DNA from: Candidatus Krumholzibacteriia bacterium | GTDB taxonomy: Bacteria; Krumholzibacteriota; Krumholzibacteriia; Krumholzibacteriales; Krumholzibacteriaceae | Assembly: GCA_963836185.1 (NCBI GenBank) | Contig: CAWIIQ010000001.1 | Span: forward strand, 2,208,001-2,272,000 | Direction of reading: 5' to 3' | DNA length: 64,000 nt | Part shown: piece after piece, positions 28,812 to 38,045 of the stretch | Layout of the letters: each line of letters opens with the position of its first letter | Numbering within the stretch: the first letter of the stretch is position 1 | The notes under the pieces: generated by a model | Databases searched by the model: none | What the model was told of the DNA's origin: nothing | Seen by the model: the letters and a program-made list of their open reading frames with translations, nothing else | Made by a program: the position numbers and the translations under genes

Positions 28812-29177
28812 TTAACGTCCCCGGCTCGGATGCGGATTGCGGACCTTCCGCTTCTTGCCGCCCGTGATCTTAGCCCTCTTGTCTTCGGGGAAGAACTTCT
28901 TCGTCCGCACGAGCTTCTGATCCTCGTTGAAGTAGAACTCCCGTCCCGCTTCATAATAGATCCAGCGCTCCTGGGTCGAATCGATCCCCCTGATACGGAG
29001 GCGGTGTATGGGATATCCGTACTCTTCGTAGATCTTCAGGGCATCACTGTGCAGATAAAGGATCAGCCCCTGTTTCCGGCAGTATCTGCGCCCTCTCTTT
29101 CCACGATAGATGCTCGCGTCGGCGCTGCCGGCTACAAGAGCCACAAGCAGGACTACCAGGGCAAGTCGTTTCAACAT
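28812..29177 (-). CDS. Small basic secreted protein of unknown function
   Basis: AAGGGAG RBS; signal peptide MLKRLAL...ADA; YGYP...ERWIYY...FYF motif. Confidence 0.68.
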   Translation of the reverse strand: MLKRLALVVLLVALVAGSADASIYRGKRGRRYCRKQGLILYLHSDALKIYEEYGYPIHRLRIRGIDSTQERWIYYEAGREFYFNEDQKLVRTKKFFPEDKRAKITGGKKRKVRNPHPSRGR

Positions 29178-29308
29178 CGCTGTCACTCCCTTTCGATGTC
29201 GTTCCAAAGTTGCTATACACTTGACCCTGCTGTGACTTATTATAGCACAAACGACCTTGCCGTTTCAAGCCGCTACCTGTATTCCGGAAGGATTTCTTCC
29301 AGTGCCTC

Positions 29309-30247
29309 ATGATTCCCCTGAAAACGGACCGGCGCTCATGGGTCGTAAAGCTGATGATGGTGGGGCTTTTTATCGTATGGTCGAACGCCTTTACCGCTAT
29401 AAAGCACCTCAGGGACATTTTCAGCCCGATGGAACTTGTCCTGGCAAGATTCCTCCCCGTCCTCACCGTGAGTGTCATCTGCCTCATGTCGCGCCGCCCG
29501 ATAAGAGAGGAGACATTCGAGACGGTCAGGCAGACCCCGTTTAAACTGATCGGTATGGGGATCTTCGGCGTTGCCGGGTACAATTACTTCATCTACCTGG
29601 GGCAGAGCGAGATCAAGCCGGGAGCGGCCGCGCTCGTTACCACCCTGGCACCACTCTTCACACTGATCCTCGCCATATTTTTCCTGAAGGAGAAGGTCGT
29701 ACTGAAGCGTGTCGCCGGGATGCTCATCGCGTTCGCCGGCCTGTTTATCGTTCTGCGCTGGGGACGGGTAGGGATGGGCAGAATCACGGGAGTGGAAAAT
29801 GCCGACGTGAAATACATGCTGATCGCCGCACTCGCCCCCCTGAGCTGGTCGTTCTACACGATCCTCGGCAAGGATCTCCTGGCGAACAGGTCCCCCGCTG
29901 TTGTGACATGTCTGCCCGTAGTGATCGGCACCCTGCCCCTCCTCTTTTTCGCCACCCCGGGATTCTTCGCGAAGGCTGCCCTGATGGAGCCATCGCACTG
30001 GTTCGCTCTCGCCTACCTCAGCTTCGCCAGCACCCTTCTCGGATTCTTTGTCTGGAATTTCGCTCTCCGCCATCTACCTGCTTCCTCGGTCTCTTCGTTC
30101 ATCTACCTCAACCCTCCATTCGCGGCATTCTTCGGCTGGCTCCTCTTCGGTGAGGAAGTGACCCTCTGGTTCCTCGCCGGAAGCGCCGTAGTACTGGCGG
30201 GGCTCTACCTCGCGCAGAGCAGGCCGGGACGGCGTGCGGCCTCCTGA
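29309..30247 (+). CDS. DMT/EamA-family transporter
   Basis: Two EamA repeats, about 10 TM; PLFTLILA..FLKEK and YLNPPFA..GWLLFGE. Confidence 0.9.
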   Translation: MIPLKTDRRSWVVKLMMVGLFIVWSNAFTAIKHLRDIFSPMELVLARFLPVLTVSVICLMSRRPIREETFETVRQTPFKLIGMGIFGVAGYNYFIYLGQSEIKPGAAALVTTLAPLFTLILAIFFLKEKVVLKRVAGMLIAFAGLFIVLRWGRVGMGRITGVENADVKYMLIAALAPLSWSFYTILGKDLLANRSPAVVTCLPVVIGTLPLLFFATPGFFAKAALMEPSHWFALAYLSFASTLLGFFVWNFALRHLPASSVSSFIYLNPPFAAFFGWLLFGEEVTLWFLAGSAVVLAGLYLAQSRPGRRAAS

Positions 30248-30336
30248 AAATTACTTGCGGCCTCATAACGGTATAATGTACCGTCTCTTCTGATACGCTC
30301 CGTTCGCATGACCTGATCCTACAGGGGAGGTACGAA

Positions 30337-31683
30337 TTGCCATCGAGTCCGTCTGACAGGGGAGAATGGGGTTCGAAGATAGGCTTCATCCTCGCCGCGG
30401 CCGGTTCAGCCATCGGGCTGGGAAACATCTGGAGATTCCCCTACACGGCGGGAGAAAACGGAGGGGCCGCATTCCTGTTCCTCTATCTCCTCTGCATACT
30501 CTTCATAGGCCTGCCCGTGATGATCGCCGAACTGTCGATAGGCAGGCACACGAGAAAAGACCCGGTCGGCGCGTTCGATGCGATAAAGCCGGGAAGCCCG
30601 TGGCGGCTCGTCGGATTCATGGGAGTCTTCACCGGCCTGGCCATCCTCGCCTACTACTGCGTTATCGCCGGCGTGACGGTCGGGTATATCGCCAAGACAA
30701 TCTCCCACAACACCACATCCTTCGCGGAGTACACGGCCGATCCGAGGATGACGATCCCGCTCCTGCTTCTATTCATCGTCATGACCGTGCTGGTCGTTCA
30801 GGGAGGCGTAAGAAACGGGATCGAGAGATGGGCGAAGATACTCATGCCCCTTCTGCTCGTTCTGATGGTCGTCCTGATAATCCGCTCAGTCACTCTCGAG
30901 GGAGCGTCGAAGGGACTGTCCTTCTACCTGAAACCCGATTTCAGCAAGGTTACCGGCAAGACATTCCTCGCCGCGCTGGGGCAGGCGTTCTTCTCGCTGA
31001 GCCTGGGCATGGGCGCGATGATCACATACGGGAGTTACCTTTCAAAAAAGGATAATATTGTAACATCCGGCATCTTCGTATCATTCTTCGATACGCTGAT
31101 AGCAGTCATGGCGGGACTGCTTATCTTCCCCGCCCTCTTCTTCGCCGGAGTCAATCCGGACGCAGGACCCAGCCTGGTCTTCGAGGTCCTGCCGGTAATA
31201 TTCGCGAAGCTTCCCGGGGGGACCCTTATAGGAGCGTCGTTCTTCCTCCTTCTCAGCGTCGCGGCGCTGACTTCGACTATATCACTGCTGGAGGTCGTTA
31301 CTGCCTACCTCGTGGACGAGAAACATATACTGAGGAAGCGTGCCGTATGGTTCGTAGCAGCCATCGCCTTCCTCTTCGGAATTCCATCGGCGCTGTCGTT
31401 CGGCGCGGTCGACTGGCTCGGCGAGCTGCCGCTCGTCGGGATGAGCTTCTTCGGCTTCATGGACTGGCTCTTCGGCAACGTCATGCTTGCCGTCGGAGCT
31501 GTCTTCATCTCGATATTCTTCGGCTGGGTATGGAAGAGGGCGAAATCAACGGCCGAGATCGAGGAAGGATGTCCCGGCTACAGCGCCTGGGCTCCAGTGA
31601 TCCTCCTCTTCCTGAGGTTCCTCTGCCCTGTCGCGATAGCCATCGTACTTTTCTTCCTGATCAAGGATCTTGTCACGGGCTGA
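30337..31683 (+). CDS. Sodium-dependent transporter, NSS/SNF family
   Basis: GSAIGLGNIWRFPY, GQAFFSLSLGMG, AALTSTIS. Confidence 0.95.
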   Translation: MPSSPSDRGEWGSKIGFILAAAGSAIGLGNIWRFPYTAGENGGAAFLFLYLLCILFIGLPVMIAELSIGRHTRKDPVGAFDAIKPGSPWRLVGFMGVFTGLAILAYYCVIAGVTVGYIAKTISHNTTSFAEYTADPRMTIPLLLLFIVMTVLVVQGGVRNGIERWAKILMPLLLVLMVVLIIRSVTLEGASKGLSFYLKPDFSKVTGKTFLAALGQAFFSLSLGMGAMITYGSYLSKKDNIVTSGIFVSFFDTLIAVMAGLLIFPALFFAGVNPDAGPSLVFEVLPVIFAKLPGGTLIGASFFLLLSVAALTSTISLLEVVTAYLVDEKHILRKRAVWFVAAIAFLFGIPSALSFGAVDWLGELPLVGMSFFGFMDWLFGNVMLAVGAVFISIFFGWVWKRAKSTAEIEEGCPGYSAWAPVILLFLRFLCPVAIAIVLFFLIKDLVTG

Positions 31684-31716
31684 TGCCGCGGCGAACGTTC
31701 AGCGAGGGAGCGCTAA

Positions 31717-33429
31717 ATGAACAGTGACGCGATCAAGCAGATAATCGATTCGGTATACAAGTATGTATGGGACTGGCCCGAGGCGTTCCCCTACTTTATC
31801 GTCCTGCTGCTCGGCACAGGTATCTTCCTGACGATAAGGTTAAGGGTGATCCAGATCAGGAAGGTCTCCCACGCGCTGGCTATCGTAGCGGGGTACTACG
31901 ATAATCCGAAGGACAAGGGTGAGATCAATCACTTCCAGGCACTCACTTCCGCCCTTTCTGCGACTATAGGCATCGGAAATATCTCCGGCGTCGCGACAGC
32001 GATCCATTATGGAGGTCCCGGAGCACTATTCTGGATGTGGGTGACCGCTATCCTCGGATGCGCCTCAAAATACGCCGAATGTACGCTCAGCAACCACTAC
32101 CGCGAGATCCATGAGGACGAGACCGTGTCGGGCGGGCCCATGTACTACATAGAGAAGGGTATGGGAAAGAACTGGAAGTGGCTCGCGATCATCTTCGCCG
32201 CCTGCGCTGTCATCTCCTCGTTCGGAAGCGGCAACGCGGTCCAGGCCTTCACCGTCGCCGACTCTTTCAGAAGCGATTTCGGGATTCCGACCTGGATCAC
32301 CGGGGCGGTCAGCGCGTCGCTCGTCGCCATGGTGATAATCGGGGGCATCAAGAGGATCGGACGGGTGACGAGCAGGCTCGTGCCTTTCATGTCGATCATA
32401 TATTTTCTCGGCGCGATCACTGTCCTTTTCCTCAACGCTCCGAGGATCCCCGCCGCGATCATGACGATTTTCAACGACGCCTTCACCGCCAAGGCGGGGG
32501 TCGGAGGATTCTTCGGCTCGACCTTCATGTTCATGATGGTATGGGGAGTAAAGAGGGGTATATTCTCCAATGAGGCGGGGCAGGGAAGCGCTCCTATCGC
32601 GCACGCGGCGGCGAAGACCGACGAACCCGTACGCGAGGGTCTCGTCGCGATGATGGGGCCCTACATCGACACACTGCTGATATGTACACTGACAGGACTG
32701 GTCATCGTCACAGTCGGCGTATGGCACGGCAAGAAGGTCGAGGCGGTGCCGTTCACCAGGCAGTCAGACATCACGGTGCTGGCCGGCCCGGGGGAGATCG
32801 GGGTGAACGGCCATGTCGAAGATACGGACCGGATGACAGGCGCCTTCGCTGTCAGCCGGGGCGAGGCATCAGGCGTCTCGTTCGTAAGAAATGACAGCTT
32901 TGTCGATGACGCCCTCATACTGCGCGGAGACGAGGCTTTCAACGGTACCTGTGAGATCGACGAGGATGGTACGGCTATCTTCACCGACGAATTCGGCGGC
33001 GCCGTTCCCGGTACCGACCTCCAGCTCGCCGGAGAGATGGCTCAGAACGGATCGCCGCTGACAGCGTGGGCGTTCAAAACGGGACTGGCGCCGATCACGA
33101 GCGGCGGCAACTATATAGTGACCATAGCTGTCTTCATGTTCGCGATATCTACTGCCATATCATGGTCGTACTATGGAGACAGATCGATCGAATACCTCTT
33201 CGGGCGAAGTTTCATCATGCCTTACCGTGTCGTTTTCTGTATCGTGCATTTTCTGGCCACCGTACTCTCCCTTGAGATAGTCTGGGGCTTCGGCGATACG
33301 GCGCTCGGAATGATGGCGATTCCGAACCTGATAGCCCTGTTCGCACTGTCGGGTGTAGTGAAGAAACTGACAGTCGATTACTTCTCAAGGGATCACAAGA
33401 GGTATAAAAAGAAGCTTTTCGGAGGATAA
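31717..33429 (+). CDS. Alanine/glycine:cation symporter (AlsT/AgcS) with extra soluble insertion
   Basis: TIGIGNI, GGPGALFWMW, GGPMYYI, SNEAGQGS, DTLLICT, FAIST, PNLIAL. Confidence 0.93.
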   Translation: MNSDAIKQIIDSVYKYVWDWPEAFPYFIVLLLGTGIFLTIRLRVIQIRKVSHALAIVAGYYDNPKDKGEINHFQALTSALSATIGIGNISGVATAIHYGGPGALFWMWVTAILGCASKYAECTLSNHYREIHEDETVSGGPMYYIEKGMGKNWKWLAIIFAACAVISSFGSGNAVQAFTVADSFRSDFGIPTWITGAVSASLVAMVIIGGIKRIGRVTSRLVPFMSIIYFLGAITVLFLNAPRIPAAIMTIFNDAFTAKAGVGGFFGSTFMFMMVWGVKRGIFSNEAGQGSAPIAHAAAKTDEPVREGLVAMMGPYIDTLLICTLTGLVIVTVGVWHGKKVEAVPFTRQSDITVLAGPGEIGVNGHVEDTDRMTGAFAVSRGEASGVSFVRNDSFVDDALILRGDEAFNGTCEIDEDGTAIFTDEFGGAVPGTDLQLAGEMAQNGSPLTAWAFKTGLAPITSGGNYIVTIAVFMFAISTAISWSYYGDRSIEYLFGRSFIMPYRVVFCIVHFLATVLSLEIVWGFGDTALGMMAIPNLIALFALSGVVKKLTVDYFSRDHKRYKKKLFGG

Positions 33430-33496
33430 GAAGGCGCCGGAGCGCTCCCGGATAAGATATCGCATAGGTAGTATCAACTATAATTAGATGCTATCA

Positions 33497-33525
33497 TTGA
33501 CACCATCGCCCAGACGGGGTATAAT
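33497..33525 (+). promoter_or_regulatory. Consensus sigma70 promoter
   Basis: TTGACA (33497-33502)-17 bp-TATAAT (33520-33525). Confidence 0.9.
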
Positions 33526-33531
33526 TGATAT

Positions 33532-33647
33532 AGAAGTCCCTGCTGAATTGGTGAGGAGAAAGGTTTTGGAGTAAAAAATCCGCGGGCTCAACTCATGAAG
33601 AGTTTGTCCAGAATGCTTCTCCCCCACGGTCTTGGCGGGGGCTTTCT
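33532..33647 (+). ncRNA. Candidate structured small RNA (short 6S-like)
   Basis: Starts 7 nt after the -10 box; 5' AGAAGTCCCTGCTGA pairs with 3' TTGGCGGGGGCTTTCT, then GGAGAA/TTCTCC and TTTTGGA/TCCAGAA; no long ORF; terminator follows. Confidence 0.62.
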
Positions 33648-33678
33648 ACTGTAAAAAAGTGATCCGGAACAGAGATAA

Positions 33679-33713
33679 AAAAGGCCCCTTCATCCTTGAT
33701 GAAGGGGCCTTTT
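33679..33713. terminator. Bidirectional intrinsic terminator
   Basis: aaaaggccccttcatc-ctt-gatgaaggggcctttt, a perfect 16-bp stem. Confidence 0.9.
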
Positions 33714-33740
33714 CATATCTGCAGTCTCTGAAGCGGCTCT

Positions 33741-34349
33741 CTATTCTTCCCACTTGTCGACGATGCCGTCTCTGAGCCATATATATTTCTTTTTTGTCCG
33801 CTGCCTCGGATCCTTGTAGATCCACTGTTCGGAGACTTCGTTACCGATATCGTTGGAAAGCATCTCGTCCGGCCATCCCCACGACTCGATCGCCGCCTCT
33901 CGAGGCATTCCCTTGAAGAGTTCGCTATCCCTGATCGCCCTCGCCGTGCGCTTACCGTATTCGCGAAGGTTCATCCTGTAGCGCTTTTCCGGATTGTCGT
34001 ACCAGAACATCCTTTCCATGGCCTGCTCGAAGGCTTCGGGGGTCACCGGCCTGTCCAGATTGAGAGCATGCCTGTACTTGCGCTTGTTCGGCCCCCTGAC
34101 GCCAACAGCGGTTCCCCAATGGAGGTCCAGCTCGACGATCTCGACCTCGGTCCCGCGGTCGATGATCCCGGTCTGCTTGATATCGACGACCAGCGCCCTT
34201 GTCCAGGCTGTACGGCCGACGTACTCCTCATTCAGCCTGTCCATTTCCTCGAGGGCTATATCCTTGTCAACAGTCTTCTGGTATGTGCCGCAGCCCGATA
34301 CGATAAGCAACATGCAGACAGCCGGAAGGATAAACTTCTTGCCGTTCAA
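33741..34349 (-). CDS. Hypothetical lipoprotein
   Basis: GGAGG RBS, TTG start, lipobox IVSGC; C-terminal GM...SWGWP...EQWIY resembles a SmpA/BamE-type fold. Confidence 0.75.
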   Translation of the reverse strand: MNGKKFILPAVCMLLIVSGCGTYQKTVDKDIALEEMDRLNEEYVGRTAWTRALVVDIKQTGIIDRGTEVEIVELDLHWGTAVGVRGPNKRKYRHALNLDRPVTPEAFEQAMERMFWYDNPEKRYRMNLREYGKRTARAIRDSELFKGMPREAAIESWGWPDEMLSNDIGNEVSEQWIYKDPRQRTKKKYIWLRDGIVDKWEE

Positions 34350-34426
34350 TCGATTTCCTCCTTATTGACCGTTCATCTGATCACAAAGTCAAAATAGAGA
34401 CATCCCCGCTCATAATCAAGAATTTT

Positions 34427-34792
34427 CTAGGATACTCCCCTCAGAAGGTCGACTGTCATACGGTCTCCGTGCCGGTCGATCTCAACAGAGACCACGTCGA
34501 TCCTTGATTCGGCGAATCCCCCGGGGCCTTCCGGCCGGTTCAGATACCTTCCGGCCGCGCGCCTGATCCCCAGGAGCTTTTCCCTCCCCACCGCTTCGGC
34601 CGCGCCGCCGAACCGGCTGCTCCTTCTAGTCTTGACCTCGACGAAGACGAGACAGTCCCCGTCGGATGCCACGATATCTATCTCATTTCTGCCGATACGC
34701 AGATTTCTCTCGATGATCCCGTATCCGATGAGTCTCAGGTATTCAGCGGCTATCGTCTCTCCGATCCTTCCGCAATCCGCGTTCCCGTTCAC
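34427..34792 (-). CDS. yraN: YraN-family protein
   Basis: GE..A..YL...GY.I..RN, EIDIVA, LVFVEVKTR, RIDVV. Confidence 0.92.
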   Translation of the reverse strand: MNGNADCGRIGETIAAEYLRLIGYGIIERNLRIGRNEIDIVASDGDCLVFVEVKTRRSSRFGGAAEAVGREKLLGIRRAAGRYLNRPEGPGGFAESRIDVVSVEIDRHGDRMTVDLLRGVS

Positions 34793-34808
34793 ATCATCCT
34801 CCCCTCAC

Positions 34809-35429
34809 TCAGATCTTTACCTGGAAACTCCTCCTGTGCATCGGGCTGCGTCCAAGGCGTCCGATCGCCGCCCTGTGCTCGACCGTCCCATATCCCTTGT
34901 TCCTTTTGAAACCGTAATCGGGATACTCCCCGTCCCTCTCCCGCATGATCCGGTCCCTTGTCACCTTCGCGACGATCGACGCGGCGGCTATTGAGAAACT
35001 CAGCCCGTCTCCGCCCTTGACCGCCTCGCATCGTCCGTAGAGCTTCGGCAGCTGCACGCCGTCGACCAGAACCAGTGAAGGCCGCTTCCCGAGTCCCTCC
35101 ACGGCGATCTTCATCGCCATCAATGTAGCTCTGAGAATATTTATCCGGTCGATCTCATCCTGCCAGACGATACCTGTCGAACAGGCGATACTCTTCTCCA
35201 GGATCAGCTCGTGAAGCGTCTCCCTCTTCTTTTCCGCGACCAGCTTGCTGTCCCTGACCTCGCGAAGCTCCTCACAGGGACCACAGATCACCGCCGCGGC
35301 GACCACCGGCCCTGCCAGGGCGCCCCGGCCTGCTTCATCGACTCCCGCGATGGTCCCGGGCGATTCCCCGGCCCGGCGCCGGTCGAAAAGCACGAGATCC
35401 TCGAATCGGACGCGGGAGGAAGGCGTCAT
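34809..35429 (-). CDS. rnhB: Ribonuclease HII
   Basis: GVDEAGRGALAGPV, DSK, SIAAASIVAKVTRD, NKGYGT, HRRSF. Confidence 0.96.
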   Translation of the reverse strand: MTPSSRVRFEDLVLFDRRRAGESPGTIAGVDEAGRGALAGPVVAAAVICGPCEELREVRDSKLVAEKKRETLHELILEKSIACSTGIVWQDEIDRINILRATLMAMKIAVEGLGKRPSLVLVDGVQLPKLYGRCEAVKGGDGLSFSIAAASIVAKVTRDRIMRERDGEYPDYGFKRNKGYGTVEHRAAIGRLGRSPMHRRSFQVKI

Positions 35430-35782
35430 CGCGTAGGCCTGTCGGTCTTCTCCTTGATCCTTGCCGCCTTGCCCTTGAGATTACGAAGGTAGAAGATCCT
35501 CGACCTTCTGACCTTGCCTCTGCGCAGGACCTTGAGTCCGGCGAGGTTGGGCGAATGAAGGGGGAATATCCGCTCTACGGCGATTCCCTGGCTGACTTTC
35601 CTGACCGTGAATGTCGCGCCAACGCCACTGCCCTTCTTCTGGATCACGATTCCCTGGAACGCCTGCACTCTCTCACGTTCTCCCTCAACGACCTTGACGT
35701 CGCACTTGACAGTATCGCCAACAGCGAACTGCGGGAGCTCGTCCCTGATCTGCTTTGCGGAAATCTGATCGAGGATATCCAT
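35426..35782 (-). CDS. rplS: 50S ribosomal protein L19
   Basis: GDTV...EGERERVQAFQG...TFTVRKVS.G..VERIFP; AGGAGG RBS. Confidence 0.97.
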   Translation of the reverse strand: MDILDQISAKQIRDELPQFAVGDTVKCDVKVVEGERERVQAFQGIVIQKKGSGVGATFTVRKVSQGIAVERIFPLHSPNLAGLKVLRRGKVRRSRIFYLRNLKGKAARIKEKTDRPTR

Positions 35783-35873
35783 CTCTCCTCCTTGAAACAA
35801 TTGATCTCTGTCCGTTCTTCCCGGATCATCGACTCCGCCTTCGGGCGGACGACTCCGGTCATCTTTCAAATGG

Positions 35874-36590
35874 TCACGTCTGCCGCTTATCTTCCCCGCT
35901 GTCATCCAGCAGGTCGGGCCGCAGCCGTCTCGTCCTTTCCAGCGCCGATTCTTTCCTCCACTCGTCGATCTTCGCGTGGTTTCCCGACTGGAGGATCTCC
36001 GGGATCTTCAGGCCCCTGTATTCCGGGGGCCTCGTGAAATACGCGGCGTCGAGCATGAACTCCCTGTCTCGCGAGAAGGAATCGGTATCCCTGCTCCGCT
36101 CGTCGCCTATCACTCCCGGCAGATGCCTTACGACGGCATCGGCCACTGCCAGGGCGGGAAGTTCCCCGCCGCTCAGTATATAATCACCGATAGATATAGT
36201 ATCGGTTATTACCAGTTCTTCGACCCTGGCATCGATCCCCTTGTAGCGCCCGCAGACCAGTACGATCTTTTCGTGCCGGGCCAGTTCGATCGAGATCGAC
36301 TGGTCGAATCTCCTGCCCGCCGGCGACATGAGGATCACGGGGACCTCACCCGCCTCTTCGGCCGTTCTTGCCGATTCGACAGCTTCGACGACCGGGGGCG
36401 CCATCATGATCATGCCCGGCCCCCCGCCGTAGGGATAATCGTCTACCGAACCATGCTTGTCGACCGCGAAATCCCTGAGATCGATGACCGTATAGTCAGC
36501 GATCCCCTTTTTCGCCGCGATATCAAGCATCCCCGAGGCAAGCGGTCCGGTCATCATTCCCGGGAAGATCGTAATGAAACAGATCTCCAT
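35874..36590 (-). CDS. trmD: tRNA (guanine37-N1)-methyltransferase
   Basis: DDYPYGGGPGM, CGRYKGID, SIGDYILSGGE, SGNH. Confidence 0.96.
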   Translation of the reverse strand: MEICFITIFPGMMTGPLASGMLDIAAKKGIADYTVIDLRDFAVDKHGSVDDYPYGGGPGMIMMAPPVVEAVESARTAEEAGEVPVILMSPAGRRFDQSISIELARHEKIVLVCGRYKGIDARVEELVITDTISIGDYILSGGELPALAVADAVVRHLPGVIGDERSRDTDSFSRDREFMLDAAYFTRPPEYRGLKIPEILQSGNHAKIDEWRKESALERTRRLRPDLLDDSGEDKRQT

Positions 36591-36603
36591 TCCCTGCCTC
36601 TCC

Positions 36604-37128
36604 TCACCACTCTATGTCGAGCAGTCCCTCGGGAGGATCGATTATTATAACGCCGGCCTCAAGATCCGTCTCGATGACGACCTCGGGCACTAAGGGTATG
36701 GCTCTTCTGCCATTTTCCGTCTCTACGATCAGGCACCTCTGCGCGGGCCCGATCAGCATGTCCACGACGGTTCCCGCACGGTCACCGTTTTTCACCCTCA
36801 CCTCGGCGCCCATCACCTGGAAGGGCTTGAGCTCTTCAGGCAGCTGCCCCTCGGCAAGAGAGTCGAGCGGGATATCAAGCCTGCTTCCGATGACCGACTC
36901 GGCATCGTCACGCGACTCGAGGCCGCTCAACTTGATGACATACGTATTGCCTTTCGGCCTGTATTTCTCTACCCGGACAGTACGGTGATCGTCGTCCGCC
37001 GACACAAGGTCAAGACCCTCCAGCGCGAGCGCTTCGGTCCAGAAATCGGGACTGGGGAGAAGCTTGATCTCTCCCTTCAGGCCGACGGCTTTCACGATGC
37101 TCCCGAGTGTTGCTGTCACCGACGTCAT
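36604..37128 (-). CDS. rimM: Ribosome maturation factor RimM
   Basis: GLKGEIK, PRC-barrel, C-terminal PPEGLL; synteny. Confidence 0.9.
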   Translation of the reverse strand: MTSVTATLGSIVKAVGLKGEIKLLPSPDFWTEALALEGLDLVSADDDHRTVRVEKYRPKGNTYVIKLSGLESRDDAESVIGSRLDIPLDSLAEGQLPEELKPFQVMGAEVRVKNGDRAGTVVDMLIGPAQRCLIVETENGRRAIPLVPEVVIETDLEAGVIIIDPPEGLLDIEW

Positions 37129-37138
37129 CTTCCGCTCC

Positions 37139-37384
37139 CTATTCGCGGATCTCCAGGAGGACCTTTTCGCCCATTCTTGTGGCCGCGGCGTTCACCAGGG
37201 CCCTGAGAGCCTTGGCAGTCTGCCCGTTCCTTCCGATGACCTTGCCTACATCGGCCTTGTCAACGGAAAGTACCAGTATGGTAGTATTGTCGCGGGTCTC
37301 CTCTGACAACCTGATAGCGTCCGGCTTGTCGACGAGCATCTCGGATATCCGCCGGATCATCGTATTTATCTTCTCAGTCTTCAT
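37139..37384 (-). CDS. khpA: KH-domain RNA-binding protein
   Basis: LVDKPD...DVGKVIGRNGQTAKALR; between rpsP and rimM. Confidence 0.9.
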   Translation of the reverse strand: MKTEKINTMIRRISEMLVDKPDAIRLSEETRDNTTILVLSVDKADVGKVIGRNGQTAKALRALVNAAATRMGEKVLLEIRE

Positions 37385-37427
37385 TGTTCATTTACCTTCG
37401 AAGAAGACAATCGTACTGAAAAGTCCG

Positions 37428-38015
37428 TCAGGACTTCTCCTCTTTGCCCGGCTCCTCCGCAGGAGTCTCAGCCTCTTCCGCCGGCGCCTCGGCGGGAGCC
37501 TCCGCAGGAGCCTCAGCCTCTTCCACAGGCGCCTCGGGCGCCTTGGGAGCCTCAGCGGGAGTCTCAGCCTCTTCAGCAGGCGCCTCGACAGGCTTGGCTT
37601 CTTCCTCGGCAGCCTTGGCCGCCGCTTCCTCGGCCGCCTTGGCGGCAATAATCGCCTTCTTGGAAAGCTTCGTCTTCTCCTTCGTCTCGGCCTTGGGCTG
37701 CTTTTCCCTTCTCTCCTCGATCTTCGCGTTCACCTCGGCGACCGTGAGGCCGGTCTTGAACAGCTCCCACCTCTCGAGGATGCCCTGCGCCTTGAGAAGG
37801 TTCGCCGCGCTTTCTGTCGGAAGCGCGCCGTTGCCGAGCCACTTGTAGACCTTGTCCTCGTCGATCTTGATCTCGGCGGGCTCTACCATCGGATTGTAAT
37901 GTCCAAGGTTCTCGAGGAACCGTCCATCACGCGGCGAGCGAGAATCAGCCGCTATGAGCCGGTAGAAGGGCCGCTTCTTCGAGCCCATCTTCTTCAGTCT
38001 GATCTTGACTGCCAA
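37428..38015 (-). CDS. rpsP: 30S ribosomal protein S16 with long Ala/Glu/Pro-rich tail
   Basis: [16 protein letters not shown]...[17 protein letters not shown]. Confidence 0.96.
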   Translation of the reverse strand: MAVKIRLKKMGSKKRPFYRLIAADSRSPRDGRFLENLGHYNPMVEPAEIKIDEDKVYKWLGNGALPTESAANLLKAQGILERWELFKTGLTVAEVNAKIEERREKQPKAETKEKTKLSKKAIIAAKAAEEAAAKAAEEEAKPVEAPAEEAETPAEAPKAPEAPVEEAEAPAEAPAEAPAEEAETPAEEPGKEEKS

Positions 38016-38045
38016 TTTGACCTCCGTGTCAGGTATCCCTCTCGA

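Noticed and set aside
33532-33647. SRP (4.5S) RNA
   Set aside because: Similar length and near ffh, but lacks the conserved CAGG...GNAA...AGCAG domain IV motif
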